Of a DNA stretch of 32,156 nucleotides, positions 7,627-16,044 are shown piece after piece (the first letter of the stretch is position 1; the number at the start of each line of letters is the position of its first letter). The stretch covers positions 1-32,156 of the IMG/VR virus record IMGVR_UViG_3300031938_000015; one strand, 5' to 3'. The DNA comes from a virus. Its lineage: Duplodnaviria; Caudoviricetes. The position numbers and the translations under genes are program-made. The notes beneath the pieces were generated by a model that was not told the DNA's origin, did not search any database, and was given only the letters and a program-made list of their open reading frames with translations.

Positions 7627-9945
7627 TCAGTAGGCCAGCGGGAAGGCGTCGAGGGCGCCGTACACGGGGTCGTCGAGCACCAGCACGTCGGACTGGCTGG
7701 CCGGGCTGGTGTTGAAGGTGACCGTCCATTGGGCCAGTGAGCACGTCTCCGACATGCCCTCGATGAACAGGTCCACCGACGTGCTCGGCGCCTGTGGCGG
7801 CAGGTTCGTGACGGTCACGCGGTCGCCGACCTCCAGGCCGAGGACGGCGTCAGCGAGCGCGTCAGGCACGGTGAGCAGGTCCACCGTGAGCGACGACATG
7901 CGCGGGGCCGGGTCGGACTGGCGCCGGGCCGCCCAGCTGGCCGCGGCGGCGACCTCGTGGTCGTCGGTGGTCAGCAGGGTGATCGTCTTGCGGTACAGGC
8001 CGTAGTCGTCGATCGAGGCCTGGTCCTTGGCCCGGAACGTGATCCCGCCCTCACGGGACGTCGTGACGTCGTTCGCGAGGAACTGGTCGTCCTGCTGGAA
8101 GCGGGGGTCGTCGCTGGTGTCAGCGGAGTCCAGCACCAGCACCGACGCGACGGCGTACCGGTGGCCGCGCGCCTGCATCACGAGCGCGCCCGCGCCGTCG
8201 ACGAACAGCACGCCGCTCTCGGTGTCGACGACGTCCTGCATCGCCTGTAGCGGCGCCTTGCCGGTGGTGTCGACCCATGCGATCGACCGTGAGCCACCCG
8301 ACTCCAGGTCGAGGTCCGGTACGGCGGCCCAGCGCGCGTACCGGGCGATCCGCGCGTCGCTGCTCTCGCCGGCGAAACCGGTTATGACGGCCTGACGGTG
8401 CACGGCCACACGTGAGGCGTTCAGGGCGGCCGAGAAGGCCGCCACGTGGCTGATGGCGCCCGCGAACAGGGCACCCAGCTGTGAGCCGCCGATCGTCATC
8501 GACACGTACAGCGGGAGCGTCGACCCCGCGAACGTCGCCGAGCCTGCCACTGCACCGTCGAGGTAGAGCGTGACGGTGACCGTGCCGCCAGACGGCTGCA
8601 GAGTCACCTCCGCGTCGTGCGTTGAAGAGTCGTTGACGCCGCTCGCCGAGGTGATCGCGGCCAGCACACCCTCGAACGCGCCCTTCACCGTCGCGGTGAG
8701 CTTGCCCGCGGCGGTGCCCAGCTCGACGTAGGAGCCGTAGCCGTCGACCACCGCGGCGATCCGCTGCGTCCCGGACGACACGGTGGTGAAGGACGCACGC
8801 AGGGACAGCGCGGTGAAGCCGACACCAGTGGTGAGCGCGCCAGCCAGGTACAGACCTGCCGTCGAGGACGACGGCGTGAGCGTCGGGGCCGGCAGACCGT
8901 CCGTGCCCGGGCCGGTGGAGTCGGCGAACACGAGGGTGCCCCCGGTGCCCAGCTGGGTGACCGCGAGCGCCGGCTGCCCGGCGGCCGAGGTGTCGCCCAC
9001 AGTGAGGGAGTCCGCCGGCTCGCCGAGGGTGTAGTAGGCCGCCGGGGCGTCCTGCAAGATCTCCTCGCTGACGACGTTCGTCAGCTCGCTGATCTGGCCG
9101 AGCCGCTTGAAGCGGTCCACCGAGGTGAGGGCCGCCTGGGCGAACTTCGCGACCGGTGCCCACTCGACGGGCCAGGCGTCGACGTGCCCGGTGTGCCGGT
9201 AGGAGACCGGGACCGGGTTGGTGCTGAAGGTGCCCGGGGCGGTGCCCTCGTCGATCTGCACGGCGTCGATGTACGCCGTGTTCCCGGCGGCTGGCGCGGT
9301 GGCGGGCCAGATCAGCAGGTCGTGGCTCGAGGCCGTCGCCACGAAGGTGTAGGTGATCCGCTGCTGGGCGCCGAACGACGTCGACGACGAGCCGATGCCG
9401 ATACCGGCGATGACGATCTCGACGGCCGGTGAGCCGGCGGGCACCCACACGTACATCGAGGCGGTGTAGGTGCGGCCCACCACGAAACCGGTGACCGTGG
9501 TCGCGGCCTGCGGGAACGAACCGCCGGCGCCCCACGTGATGAGCATCGACTTGACGCCGGAGAACGGGTGCAGCGTCGACGACGCCAGCGTGGGAGCGAC
9601 CGACCCGGCCGCCGTCCACCCGACAACGCCGGACTCGAACGACGCCGCGGCCGCCGACAGCAGGTTGCCTGTGCCGAGGCGACGGTGACTGACCCGCAGA
9701 CGGCGGCCGATCTTCACGTTCGGGTAGTAGGGCGAGCTGGCCAGGCCGGCGGTGAAGCGCCCGTCGCTGTTGTCCAGGATGAGGCCGCACTGACCCGGTT
9801 GCACTGTGGCGAACTCGTCGCCGCGGCCGCGGGTGACCGTGATGCCGGACGACAGCAGCGCGTAGCCCGAGACGTCCTGCCACACGGGGGCCGGGTCGTC
9901 AGGGCCGGATGCCAGGGCGAGCTCGACGCGAGGCGCAGGGATCAC
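7627..9945 (-). CDS. Large minor tail / tail-tip hub protein with inserted CBM-like and LamG-like domains (772 aa)
   Basis: Directly after the TMP; N-terminal WQDVSGY..RGRGDE..PG...LDNSDGRF; CBM-like NLL..SFESG..GW...YIDAVQID; LamG-like PAAYYTLGE...ISHVA; C-terminal hub-like ASIDDYG, LEVGDRVTV. Confidence 0.85.
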   Translation of the reverse strand: MIPAPRVELALASGPDDPAPVWQDVSGYALLSSGITVTRGRGDEFATVQPGQCGLILDNSDGRFTAGLASSPYYPNVKIGRRLRVSHRRLGTGNLLSAAAASFESGVVGWTAAGSVAPTLASSTLHPFSGVKSMLITWGAGGSFPQAATTVTGFVVGRTYTASMYVWVPAGSPAVEIVIAGIGIGSSSTSFGAQQRITYTFVATASSHDLLIWPATAPAAGNTAYIDAVQIDEGTAPGTFSTNPVPVSYRHTGHVDAWPVEWAPVAKFAQAALTSVDRFKRLGQISELTNVVSEEILQDAPAAYYTLGEPADSLTVGDTSAAGQPALAVTQLGTGGTLVFADSTGPGTDGLPAPTLTPSSSTAGLYLAGALTTGVGFTALSLRASFTTVSSGTQRIAAVVDGYGSYVELGTAAGKLTATVKGAFEGVLAAITSASGVNDSSTHDAEVTLQPSGGTVTVTLYLDGAVAGSATFAGSTLPLYVSMTIGGSQLGALFAGAISHVAAFSAALNASRVAVHRQAVITGFAGESSDARIARYARWAAVPDLDLESGGSRSIAWVDTTGKAPLQAMQDVVDTESGVLFVDGAGALVMQARGHRYAVASVLVLDSADTSDDPRFQQDDQFLANDVTTSREGGITFRAKDQASIDDYGLYRKTITLLTTDDHEVAAAASWAARRQSDPAPRMSSLTVDLLTVPDALADAVLGLEVGDRVTVTNLPPQAPSTSVDLFIEGMSETCSLAQWTVTFNTSPASQSDVLVLDDPVYGALDAFPLAY

Positions 9946-11612
9946 CCGAGCTCCAATCCGACGCCGCCGTTCTGCCGCTTCACCTTCAGCAGCGCCTGGT
10001 GCAGGACGCGGCCGTCCACCGCGAGCTGCACCACCAGGGGCTGCCCGTCCGCGGCGGCGTCTCCTGACGTCGCCGCGTAGGCCGTGTGTCCACCGGCGCG
10101 TCCCGGCACGCTCGGGAGGATCATGCCGTCCTGGTCCGGTACGAAGAGCTCAGGGCGGTGCTCGCCGACGATGTAGGACTTGCCCGCCTCGACCGGGCCA
10201 CCGGCGGCGCGGAAACCCGCCTTGTTGGCCGTCACGTACGCCCGGATCGTGACCGCTGGGTCGATGTGGTCCTGCTGGTAGCGCAGCTGCGCGAGCTTGT
10301 GGATCGCCGCGTCGGCACCGGGTGTGGTGACCCGCACCGACTTGTACGACCTGGTGTTCGCGAGCGCCCGGTTGACCTGGTCCTTGAAGGTGTCGAACTT
10401 CGCTGCGGCCGATCTCAGCTTCGGGCCGATGCCAGGCACCCACCCGAACGCCAGCGCGGCGCCGTGGATGATTGCGCCCGCCACCGCCAGGAACGCCGAG
10501 GTGAGGAACTTGAAGGTCGGCTTGAGCACGTTGTTCCACATGAACGACGCGGCTGCCGAGATGCCCTGGAAGGCGGCCTGGACGATCGCGCGGAACGTCG
10601 CGGAGTGCTTGTACGCCAGGATGATCCCGCCGACCAGGGCCGCGACCGCCACGATCACGAGGCCGATCGGGTTCGCCGACAGGGCAGCGTTGATCAGCCA
10701 CTGCCCGGCGGCCCAGATCTTCGATCCCGCCGCGGCGAGCTTTGTGTACGTCGAGAAGAGCAGAGTCTCCTCGGCCGCCTGCTTCGACACGAACGCCTGG
10801 ATGCGCTGGGCGACGATCAGCGCGTACACCGCGGCGGTGAAGCCACCGACCACGCCGAGGCCGATCTTGACGACCTTGCTGTTGTTCGTGACCCAGGTCG
10901 TCACCTTGATGCCTGCGCCGGCGACCTTGAGCAGCGCTGGTAGCAACTTGGAGCCGACCGTCTCCTGCAGCTCACCGAACTCGTTCTGCAGGATGGCGCT
11001 CTGCCCGGCGGCGGTCTTGCCCTCGTTCTCGGCGAACCCACCGACCTGCGTGCGCAGCCCGCCCATGATCTCGTCGAAGTTGCCGGCCAACGACTTGGTG
11101 TCGGTGAAGTTGATGCCGACGTCCTTCAGCGAGCGCCCCTGTCCGAGCAGCGCCTTGCCCAGGTCGCGGGCCGCGGTCGGCAGGTCCTTGCCGGTCTTCG
11201 ACGCGTAGTCCTGCAGCAGGGGCGTCAGGTCGGTGATCTGCTTGCCGGTCAGCTTGAATCCGGCGAGCACGGACTGGGCGGACGCGGTGGCGTCGTCGTC
11301 GTACTTCGTCTTCAGCTCGAGCTGGCTGTTGAGTGCCTGCAGCGCGCCGATGTTGGTGTCTGCCAGCCGCGGGAACCGCTTGAAGGCGTCCTCGAGCGCC
11401 GCACCCGACTCCTGCGCTTCGGTGTACGCCGCGACAGAGTCCTTGCCGAACTTGACGATTGCGGCGCCGGCCAGCGCGCCGCTGCCGACCGCGAGCGCCT
11501 TCATCTTCGAGAAGCGCCCGCCGGAGTCCTCGGCGTGGCGGCCGACCTTGTCCAGGGTCGCCGACGCGCCGCGGTCGCGGGCGAAGATGTCGAATCCGAT
11601 GCTGGTCGACAC
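9942..11612 (-). CDS. Tape measure protein (556 aa)
   Basis: Follows the tail chaperone; Ala/Gly-rich helical sequence; QWLINAALSANPIGLVI and RAAGGPV..YIVGEHRPELFVP motifs. Confidence 0.93.
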   Translation of the reverse strand: MSTSIGFDIFARDRGASATLDKVGRHAEDSGGRFSKMKALAVGSGALAGAAIVKFGKDSVAAYTEAQESGAALEDAFKRFPRLADTNIGALQALNSQLELKTKYDDDATASAQSVLAGFKLTGKQITDLTPLLQDYASKTGKDLPTAARDLGKALLGQGRSLKDVGINFTDTKSLAGNFDEIMGGLRTQVGGFAENEGKTAAGQSAILQNEFGELQETVGSKLLPALLKVAGAGIKVTTWVTNNSKVVKIGLGVVGGFTAAVYALIVAQRIQAFVSKQAAEETLLFSTYTKLAAAGSKIWAAGQWLINAALSANPIGLVIVAVAALVGGIILAYKHSATFRAIVQAAFQGISAAASFMWNNVLKPTFKFLTSAFLAVAGAIIHGAALAFGWVPGIGPKLRSAAAKFDTFKDQVNRALANTRSYKSVRVTTPGADAAIHKLAQLRYQQDHIDPAVTIRAYVTANKAGFRAAGGPVEAGKSYIVGEHRPELFVPDQDGMILPSVPGRAGGHTAYAATSGDAAADGQPLVVQLAVDGRVLHQALLKVKRQNGGVGLELG

Positions 11613-11636
11613 CTGATCACCGCCCTCTCCTGGTCG

Positions 11637-11828
11637 TCACCCGTCGGCCTGCTGCAGCTGGCCTTGCAGGTGCTTCTCCTGCTCGATCGCGGCGTCAATC
11701 CACCGCCGGCCGTTGTCCCACTGCTCGACCGTCAGGTGGCCGTGCTCCCACGGGCGCACGTGTAGGTAGTGAGCGAACGCCCACTCGTACCGGCGCCTCA
11801 GCTGCTCGCGGGGTCCGAGCCTTTTGGG
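11637..11828 (-). CDS. Tail assembly chaperone, -1 frameshift extension (gpGT-like C-terminal part)
   Basis: The -1 frame is open from the slippery site: RLGPREQLRRRYEWAFAHYLHVRPWEHGHLT..., ending just before the TMP. Confidence 0.85.
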   Translation of the reverse strand, partial: PKRLGPREQLRRRYEWAFAHYLHVRPWEHGHLTVEQWDNGRRWIDAAIEQEKHLQGQLQQADG

Positions 11829-12211
11829 TCGGCGGCCCCTGCCGCCGCGGCCGCCATCTCGTCCAGTACCAGGACCTCGAGCGCCTCGCGCTGCTCGTCG
11901 CTGAGGTCGTTGCCCTGCGCCCGGAGCACCTCGAGGGCGCGGGCCTTCTCCTCGGCGTCCAGGTCGACGTCGAGCTCGTCGAGGGAGAACACGACGTCGC
12001 CGTACTTCAGGGTGGGGTTGGAGCGGCGCAGCAGCACGAACAGCAGCGCGTGCCTGGCCTGCGCGGACCCGGCCATGAACTTCTCGCCGAACTCCTGGTA
12101 GGTCCAGCCGGTGTGCCGCTCGATGACCTCGGCTTCGGTGGAGCGCAGCTTCGCCGGCGTGAACGCCCACTCCTGGCGCTCACCGCCCTCGGGCGTGTAG
12201 ATGATCAGCAT
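11798..12211 (-). CDS. Tail assembly chaperone (gpG-like, 137 aa)
   Basis: Upstream of the TMP; ends ..ADPKGSDPASS over the slippery heptamer. Confidence 0.88.
   Translation of the reverse strand: MLIIYTPEGGERQEWAFTPAKLRSTEAEVIERHTGWTYQEFGEKFMAGSAQARHALLFVLLRRSNPTLKYGDVVFSLDELDVDLDAEEKARALEVLRAQGNDLSDEQREALEVLVLDEMAAAAAGAADPKGSDPASS
11822..11828 (-). other. Programmed -1 frameshift site C CCA AAA
   Basis: XXXYYYZ heptamer CCCAAAA in the correct frame (GAC CCA AAA GGC), rare in such GC-rich DNA. Confidence 0.85.
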
Positions 12212-12220
12212 CGTGCAGGT

Positions 12221-12670
12221 TCAGCCCTTCTCGATCTCGTGCGCGGTGCGCTCGATGGCCTTCATGACGTGGTCACGCACGAGCGGGGCGCGCTGCTCGA
12301 GCGGGCGGGTGTACCAGCCGGTTCTGATCTGCTGGGTCACCCAGGCCTTGCGGTTGCCGTACACCGGGTGACGCAGGCGGCCGCGGCGGTCCATGGCTCC
12401 GATGTCGTGGGCGTTGGTGGCCTTCAGCCGCACGCCGACCTGCTTGCCGCCGGTGCGGGTCTGCACGCTCATCCTCGAGCGGGCCACCACCCGGTTCAGG
12501 CCGCCCTTCGACGGGAGCTCGGCGAGCGCGCTGGCCTTCGCTGCCTCGTTGAGCGGCCGGCCGACCTGGCGGATCCCGGCGAGCAGGTCCTTGCGCAGCT
12601 GCTTGTCCGCACCGCGGAGCCGCTTGCCCACGATCGCGAGCTGCTCGGCCCCTTCGATGCGGATGTCCAT
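12221..12670 (-). CDS. HK97 gp10-like neck / tail-completion protein (149 aa)
   Basis: Basic protein, IRIEGAEQL...GRLRHPVYGNR..WVTQ...GWY; lies within the tail module. Confidence 0.65.
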   Translation of the reverse strand: MDIRIEGAEQLAIVGKRLRGADKQLRKDLLAGIRQVGRPLNEAAKASALAELPSKGGLNRVVARSRMSVQTRTGGKQVGVRLKATNAHDIGAMDRRGRLRHPVYGNRKAWVTQQIRTGWYTRPLEQRAPLVRDHVMKAIERTAHEIEKG

Positions 12671-13665
12671 CAGAGCGCCGTGTCGGTGGAGATGTACTCG
12701 CAGGTGATCGGGTTGTTCGTCAGGTCGTTGAGCCCGGTGAAGTTGAAGCTCGGGCTCACGACGTCCGGGCCGCCCAGCTGGGGAGTGTCGCCGTCGAGGG
12801 CGACCGCCGGGATCTTGATCCTGAACGTCTCGTAGTAGGTGCTCGCGATGTTGGCGCCCACGAACTCCCAGATCAGCGAGAAGTTGCCGTCCGCGGCGAA
12901 GACGTCGGCGAAGACGGTCTTGTCGACGAAGTCCGTCTCGATCGTGCCGGTGATCGACACCCGGTCGTTGACGAGGGGCTCGGCCTTCAGCCCACCGCTG
13001 TTGGCGTAGAACCGGTCCGTCTTCTGCGCCCGCGTGATCTTCGTCGTCACCTTGCGCACGCCGCTGACGGCGGCCTCCGCCCCGAACGCGCCGATCTTGA
13101 CGTTCATCTGCGCGAAGTGGAAGGGCTTGAGCCCGGTGGTGTACGACGGCGCAGCGAGGGTCTGGACCTCGGAGACCTGGCGCGCGTCCAGCGACAGCTG
13201 CGCGGTGAGGAGCTCACCGACACCACACGCGAGCGTGGTGTCGACGACCTTGCAACCCAGGTAGGTGTAGGGCCGCACCGTGCCTGTGGTGTCCGGCACG
13301 CCGACCTGCGCGGTCAGGTAGCGGCCCACGTTGTCGACGAGGGTGTGCGTCTGCAGGTACGCCGCGGTGGCGCCCTGGACCAGCGGCGTGACCGCTCCGC
13401 CGAAGATCTGAGCCAGCAGCAGGCCCATGTTCTTCTGCGTCACCTCGAGCTCGACGTCGCCCGATGCGTCCTGCTGGGTGACGACCCGACGCGAGACCGG
13501 CTGCACCAGGCGGCCGGCCGCGAGGCCGCCGCCCTGCACGACGTTCTTGTTCTTCTTCAGCGACGCCGAGTTGATCTCGATGAAGCGGGTCGGCGCCTGG
13601 TAGGTGCCGTACGACGCCTCCGCGGCGATGCCGAGGCTGCCGGCGAGTCCACTGCCAACGCTCAC
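12670..13665 (-). CDS. Major tail tube protein (331 aa)
   Basis: LGIAAEASYGT..PTRF, YLGCKV, ITGTIE motifs; upstream of the chaperone and TMP. Confidence 0.9.
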   Translation of the reverse strand: MSVGSGLAGSLGIAAEASYGTYQAPTRFIEINSASLKKNKNVVQGGGLAAGRLVQPVSRRVVTQQDASGDVELEVTQKNMGLLLAQIFGGAVTPLVQGATAAYLQTHTLVDNVGRYLTAQVGVPDTTGTVRPYTYLGCKVVDTTLACGVGELLTAQLSLDARQVSEVQTLAAPSYTTGLKPFHFAQMNVKIGAFGAEAAVSGVRKVTTKITRAQKTDRFYANSGGLKAEPLVNDRVSITGTIETDFVDKTVFADVFAADGNFSLIWEFVGANIASTYYETFRIKIPAVALDGDTPQLGGPDVVSPSFNFTGLNDLTNNPITCEYISTDTAL

Positions 13666-13668
13666 AGG

Positions 13669-13995
13669 TCAGCCCTCCTGGCCGTAGGTGTCGCGCAGCT
13701 CGTCGCGCGACAGGTCGGTGATGTCGCCCTCGGTGGCGAGGTTGTGCTGGACGACGTACGCCATCCACTCCTCGCGGGAGGCGTTGCCGCGTGGGCGGTC
13801 GGGACGCTCGAGCACCGCCACCGCGCGGTCGTGCGCGGACTGCGCGGCCTCGTCAGCCGGCTCCCAGAGGCCGTCCTGCTGGGTGTAGGCGTACACGTCG
13901 GCGTCGGGCACGGTGAGCACCTCGCCGGCCGGCACGGTGCGCCCCTCCCAGGGGACGTCGCGAGACTCGCTCGAGACGTTGCGGATCTGCGGCAC
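13669..13995 (-). CDS. Hypothetical virion-module protein (108 aa)
   Basis: GAGGGAG RBS; C-terminal small helical motif NASREEWMAYV...LSRDEL. Confidence 0.7.
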   Translation of the reverse strand: MPQIRNVSSESRDVPWEGRTVPAGEVLTVPDADVYAYTQQDGLWEPADEAAQSAHDRAVAVLERPDRPRGNASREEWMAYVVQHNLATEGDITDLSRDELRDTYGQEG

Positions 13996-14032
13996 GGCTG
14001 CTCCCTCGTTGTCGATCGGGTGAGTGCGTTGG

Positions 14033-14524
14033 TCAGAGGCGGGCGCGGAAGGCGATCTCGAAGAGGACCAGCGCGGTGGCCCCGTCCTCGGTGTTGTCCT
14101 GGCGCAGCTGGAGGCTGTCGCCGAAGGTCACCCAGAGCGCCTCGGCGACGCCCAGATCGCCCGGGCGGCCCGCCGGGCGGGTGAGGTCCTGCACCGCGGC
14201 GACGACGGCGTAGGCGTCAGCGCGGGCCTTACTCGGGTCGCCGTCGCCGTTCCACGCCAGCGCGACGCACGTGATGGTGCCCTGCTCGTCACGCGCGGCG
14301 CCCGTGCTGTTCGCCCAGGCCTGCTGCGACGTCGCCGACGTCGCGGCGTCCGCGTCGTCCGGGTCCGCCACCCCGATGAACAGGTAGCTGCCGGGGTTCT
14401 CCGAGACGCCGTAGCCGTCGACCACGGTCACGCCGTCCAGCGCACCACCGGCGACCGCGAGCGCCGTGGACTGGCTCACGAGCGCGTCGAGGAGCGCAGG
14501 CACTGCGCTGGTGCCGGTGGCCAT
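14033..14524 (-). CDS. Tail terminator protein (163 aa)
   Basis: Between the adaptor and the tail tube; VVDG...LFIG...RDEQGTITC...ARADAY pattern. Confidence 0.7.
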   Translation of the reverse strand: MATGTSAVPALLDALVSQSTALAVAGGALDGVTVVDGYGVSENPGSYLFIGVADPDDADAATSATSQQAWANSTGAARDEQGTITCVALAWNGDGDPSKARADAYAVVAAVQDLTRPAGRPGDLGVAEALWVTFGDSLQLRQDNTEDGATALVLFEIAFRARL

Positions 14525-15045
14525 CAGGCGATCCCGGGCCGTTGGTACGGCTCGATGAGGGTGAGCACGAAGTACGGCAGCGCGTACGGCACCGCGGCCG
14601 GCTCAGGGGTGCGGCCGGGTCGCTGGCCGCCGCCGCGCTGGCTGGACCAGAAGTGCCTGAGGAGCACCTTCACCGCCAGCAGCAGGTCGTCCGGTACGTC
14701 GCTCCAGCCGGCGACGTAGGTGACGATGTACTCGCGCGCCGACAGCGGCAGCGCCGTGTAGTTCGTGACCACGCCGCTGATCGGGTCGATGTCGAAGCCG
14801 GACAGGTCCAGGGCGGTGGCGCCGGGCAGGATCGGTGTGACCGTGGTCAGGGAGATCACCGGGACCGGCAGCACGAGCGCCTGGCCACCTGGCACGCGGA
14901 TGGTGCGGGTGGTCGGCTCGAGCGGGCCGGTGTAGTGCGCGATCGCGCGCTCAGCCGCGTCGATGAAGGCCTGCAGCTCGCTGTCGTCGACGTCCGCGGT
15001 GATGTTGAGGTGAGCCTTCGCTTCGTCCAGGGATAGCGCCGACAC
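14524..15045 (-). CDS. Head-tail adaptor (HK97 gp6 / SPP1 gp15-like, 173 aa)
   Basis: LSLDEAKAHLNI...DDSELQAFIDAA...VTYVAGW..VPDDLLLAV. Confidence 0.9.
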   Translation of the reverse strand: MSALSLDEAKAHLNITADVDDSELQAFIDAAERAIAHYTGPLEPTTRTIRVPGGQALVLPVPVISLTTVTPILPGATALDLSGFDIDPISGVVTNYTALPLSAREYIVTYVAGWSDVPDDLLLAVKVLLRHFWSSQRGGGQRPGRTPEPAAVPYALPYFVLTLIEPYQRPGIA

Positions 15046-15049
15046 CGGG

Positions 15050-15382
15050 TCAGCCCGTGACCTGCTGCGAGCCGGGCTCGGCCGTGGCCGGCGCGGCGGC
15101 CACGACGTCGGGCCCGGGCTGCGCGGCGTCCTGGCCAGGCCCGGTCGGCGTCACCGTGCGGGACTGCCTGCGGCGACGGCGGGCGGGCGGCCCGTCTGCG
15201 GTCGCCTCCTCATCCGCCCACTCGGCGAGCTGCTCGTAACCGCGGCCGCGCAGCGCGCCGGCGGCCTTTGCGTCGCGCCGGAACTGCTCAGCCATCTGCG
15301 GCCACGACTGGTCGCGCTCCTCGCGCAGCTGGCGGTAGTTGTCCTTCACGTCGTCGGCGATCAGGTGACTGCTGCTGGACAT
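15050..15382 (-). CDS. Hypothetical protein (110 aa), paralog of 15476-15955
   Basis: GAGGGAG RBS; shares HxI-x4-[KR]DNYxQ and GYxxLAEWA with its neighbour. Confidence 0.7.
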   Translation of the reverse strand: MSSSSHLIADDVKDNYRQLREERDQSWPQMAEQFRRDAKAAGALRGRGYEQLAEWADEEATADGPPARRRRRQSRTVTPTGPGQDAAQPGPDVVAAAPATAEPGSQQVTG

Positions 15383-15427
15383 CGCGGGTGCTCCCTCGTG
15401 CAGGGGTCGGGTGGTGATCGAAGCGGG

Positions 15428-15472
15428 GCGGCCGCGCCCGCCGCACATGGGGATGCGGCGGGCGTCGGCCGC
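15428..15472 (-). other. Intergenic GC-rich hairpin (mRNA stabiliser or attenuator)
   Basis: GCGGCCGCGCCCGCCGCA / TGCGGCGGGCGTCGGCCGC imperfect stem right after the stop at 15476; no U-tract. Confidence 0.5.
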
Positions 15473-15475
15473 GGG

Positions 15476-15955
15476 TCAGGACGAGCTCGAGCTGCCGCTC
15501 GAGGTCCCGTCGCTGGATGAGGTGACGGTGATCGGCGCCGGTCCCGGGTTGGGGATGGTGCCGCTGTCGGGGTCGACGTCGGAGGCGTCGTCGACCTCGT
15601 ACCGCTCCTTCAGCGCCTTCTGGACGTCCGGGTCGTCGGCGAACCCGCCGACCTGGGCGAGCGGGTCGCGGCGCACCGACTCGATGGCCCGGGACTTCGC
15701 GGCCGCGAGGCCGTGGTCGCCGACGCCATCACCGGGGTCACGGTCCTTCGCCCACTCGGCGAGGTGGTTGTAGCCGGCCTGCGGGTCGGCCTTGTGCTGC
15801 TCGGTCCACTCCTTGGCGAGCTTGCCCATCTCGGTCTTGGGCTTGGTGCCAGCGGCCGCTGCTCGGTCGCGGGCGATCTGGTCGTAGTTGTCGCGCGTGG
15901 CCTGCGGGATGAAGTGCTCCGCGGGCAGCGCGTCCACGCTCTGTGTCTTGGACAC
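15476..15955 (-). CDS. Hypothetical protein (159 aa) downstream of the capsid gene
   Basis: GTG start after AGGAAGG; 3' part of ORF 15476..16489; Ser-rich tail. Confidence 0.72.
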   Translation of the reverse strand: MSKTQSVDALPAEHFIPQATRDNYDQIARDRAAAAGTKPKTEMGKLAKEWTEQHKADPQAGYNHLAEWAKDRDPGDGVGDHGLAAAKSRAIESVRRDPLAQVGGFADDPDVQKALKERYEVDDASDVDPDSGTIPNPGPAPITVTSSSDGTSSGSSSSS

Positions 15956-15993
15956 GGTGGTGCCTTCCTGCTCGACGACTTGCTCTGGTGGGT

Positions 15994-16028
15994 GCCTGGC
16001 GCCGGACGACGTGCGTCCGGCGCCAGGC
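15994..16028 (-). terminator. Hairpin downstream of the major capsid gene (stabiliser or partial terminator)
   Basis: Perfect 15-bp stem GCCTGGCGCCGGACG / CGTCCGGCGCCAGGC with a 5-nt loop; no U-tract. Confidence 0.6.
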
Positions 16029-16044
16029 GGTTGAGCCGGTCGGC

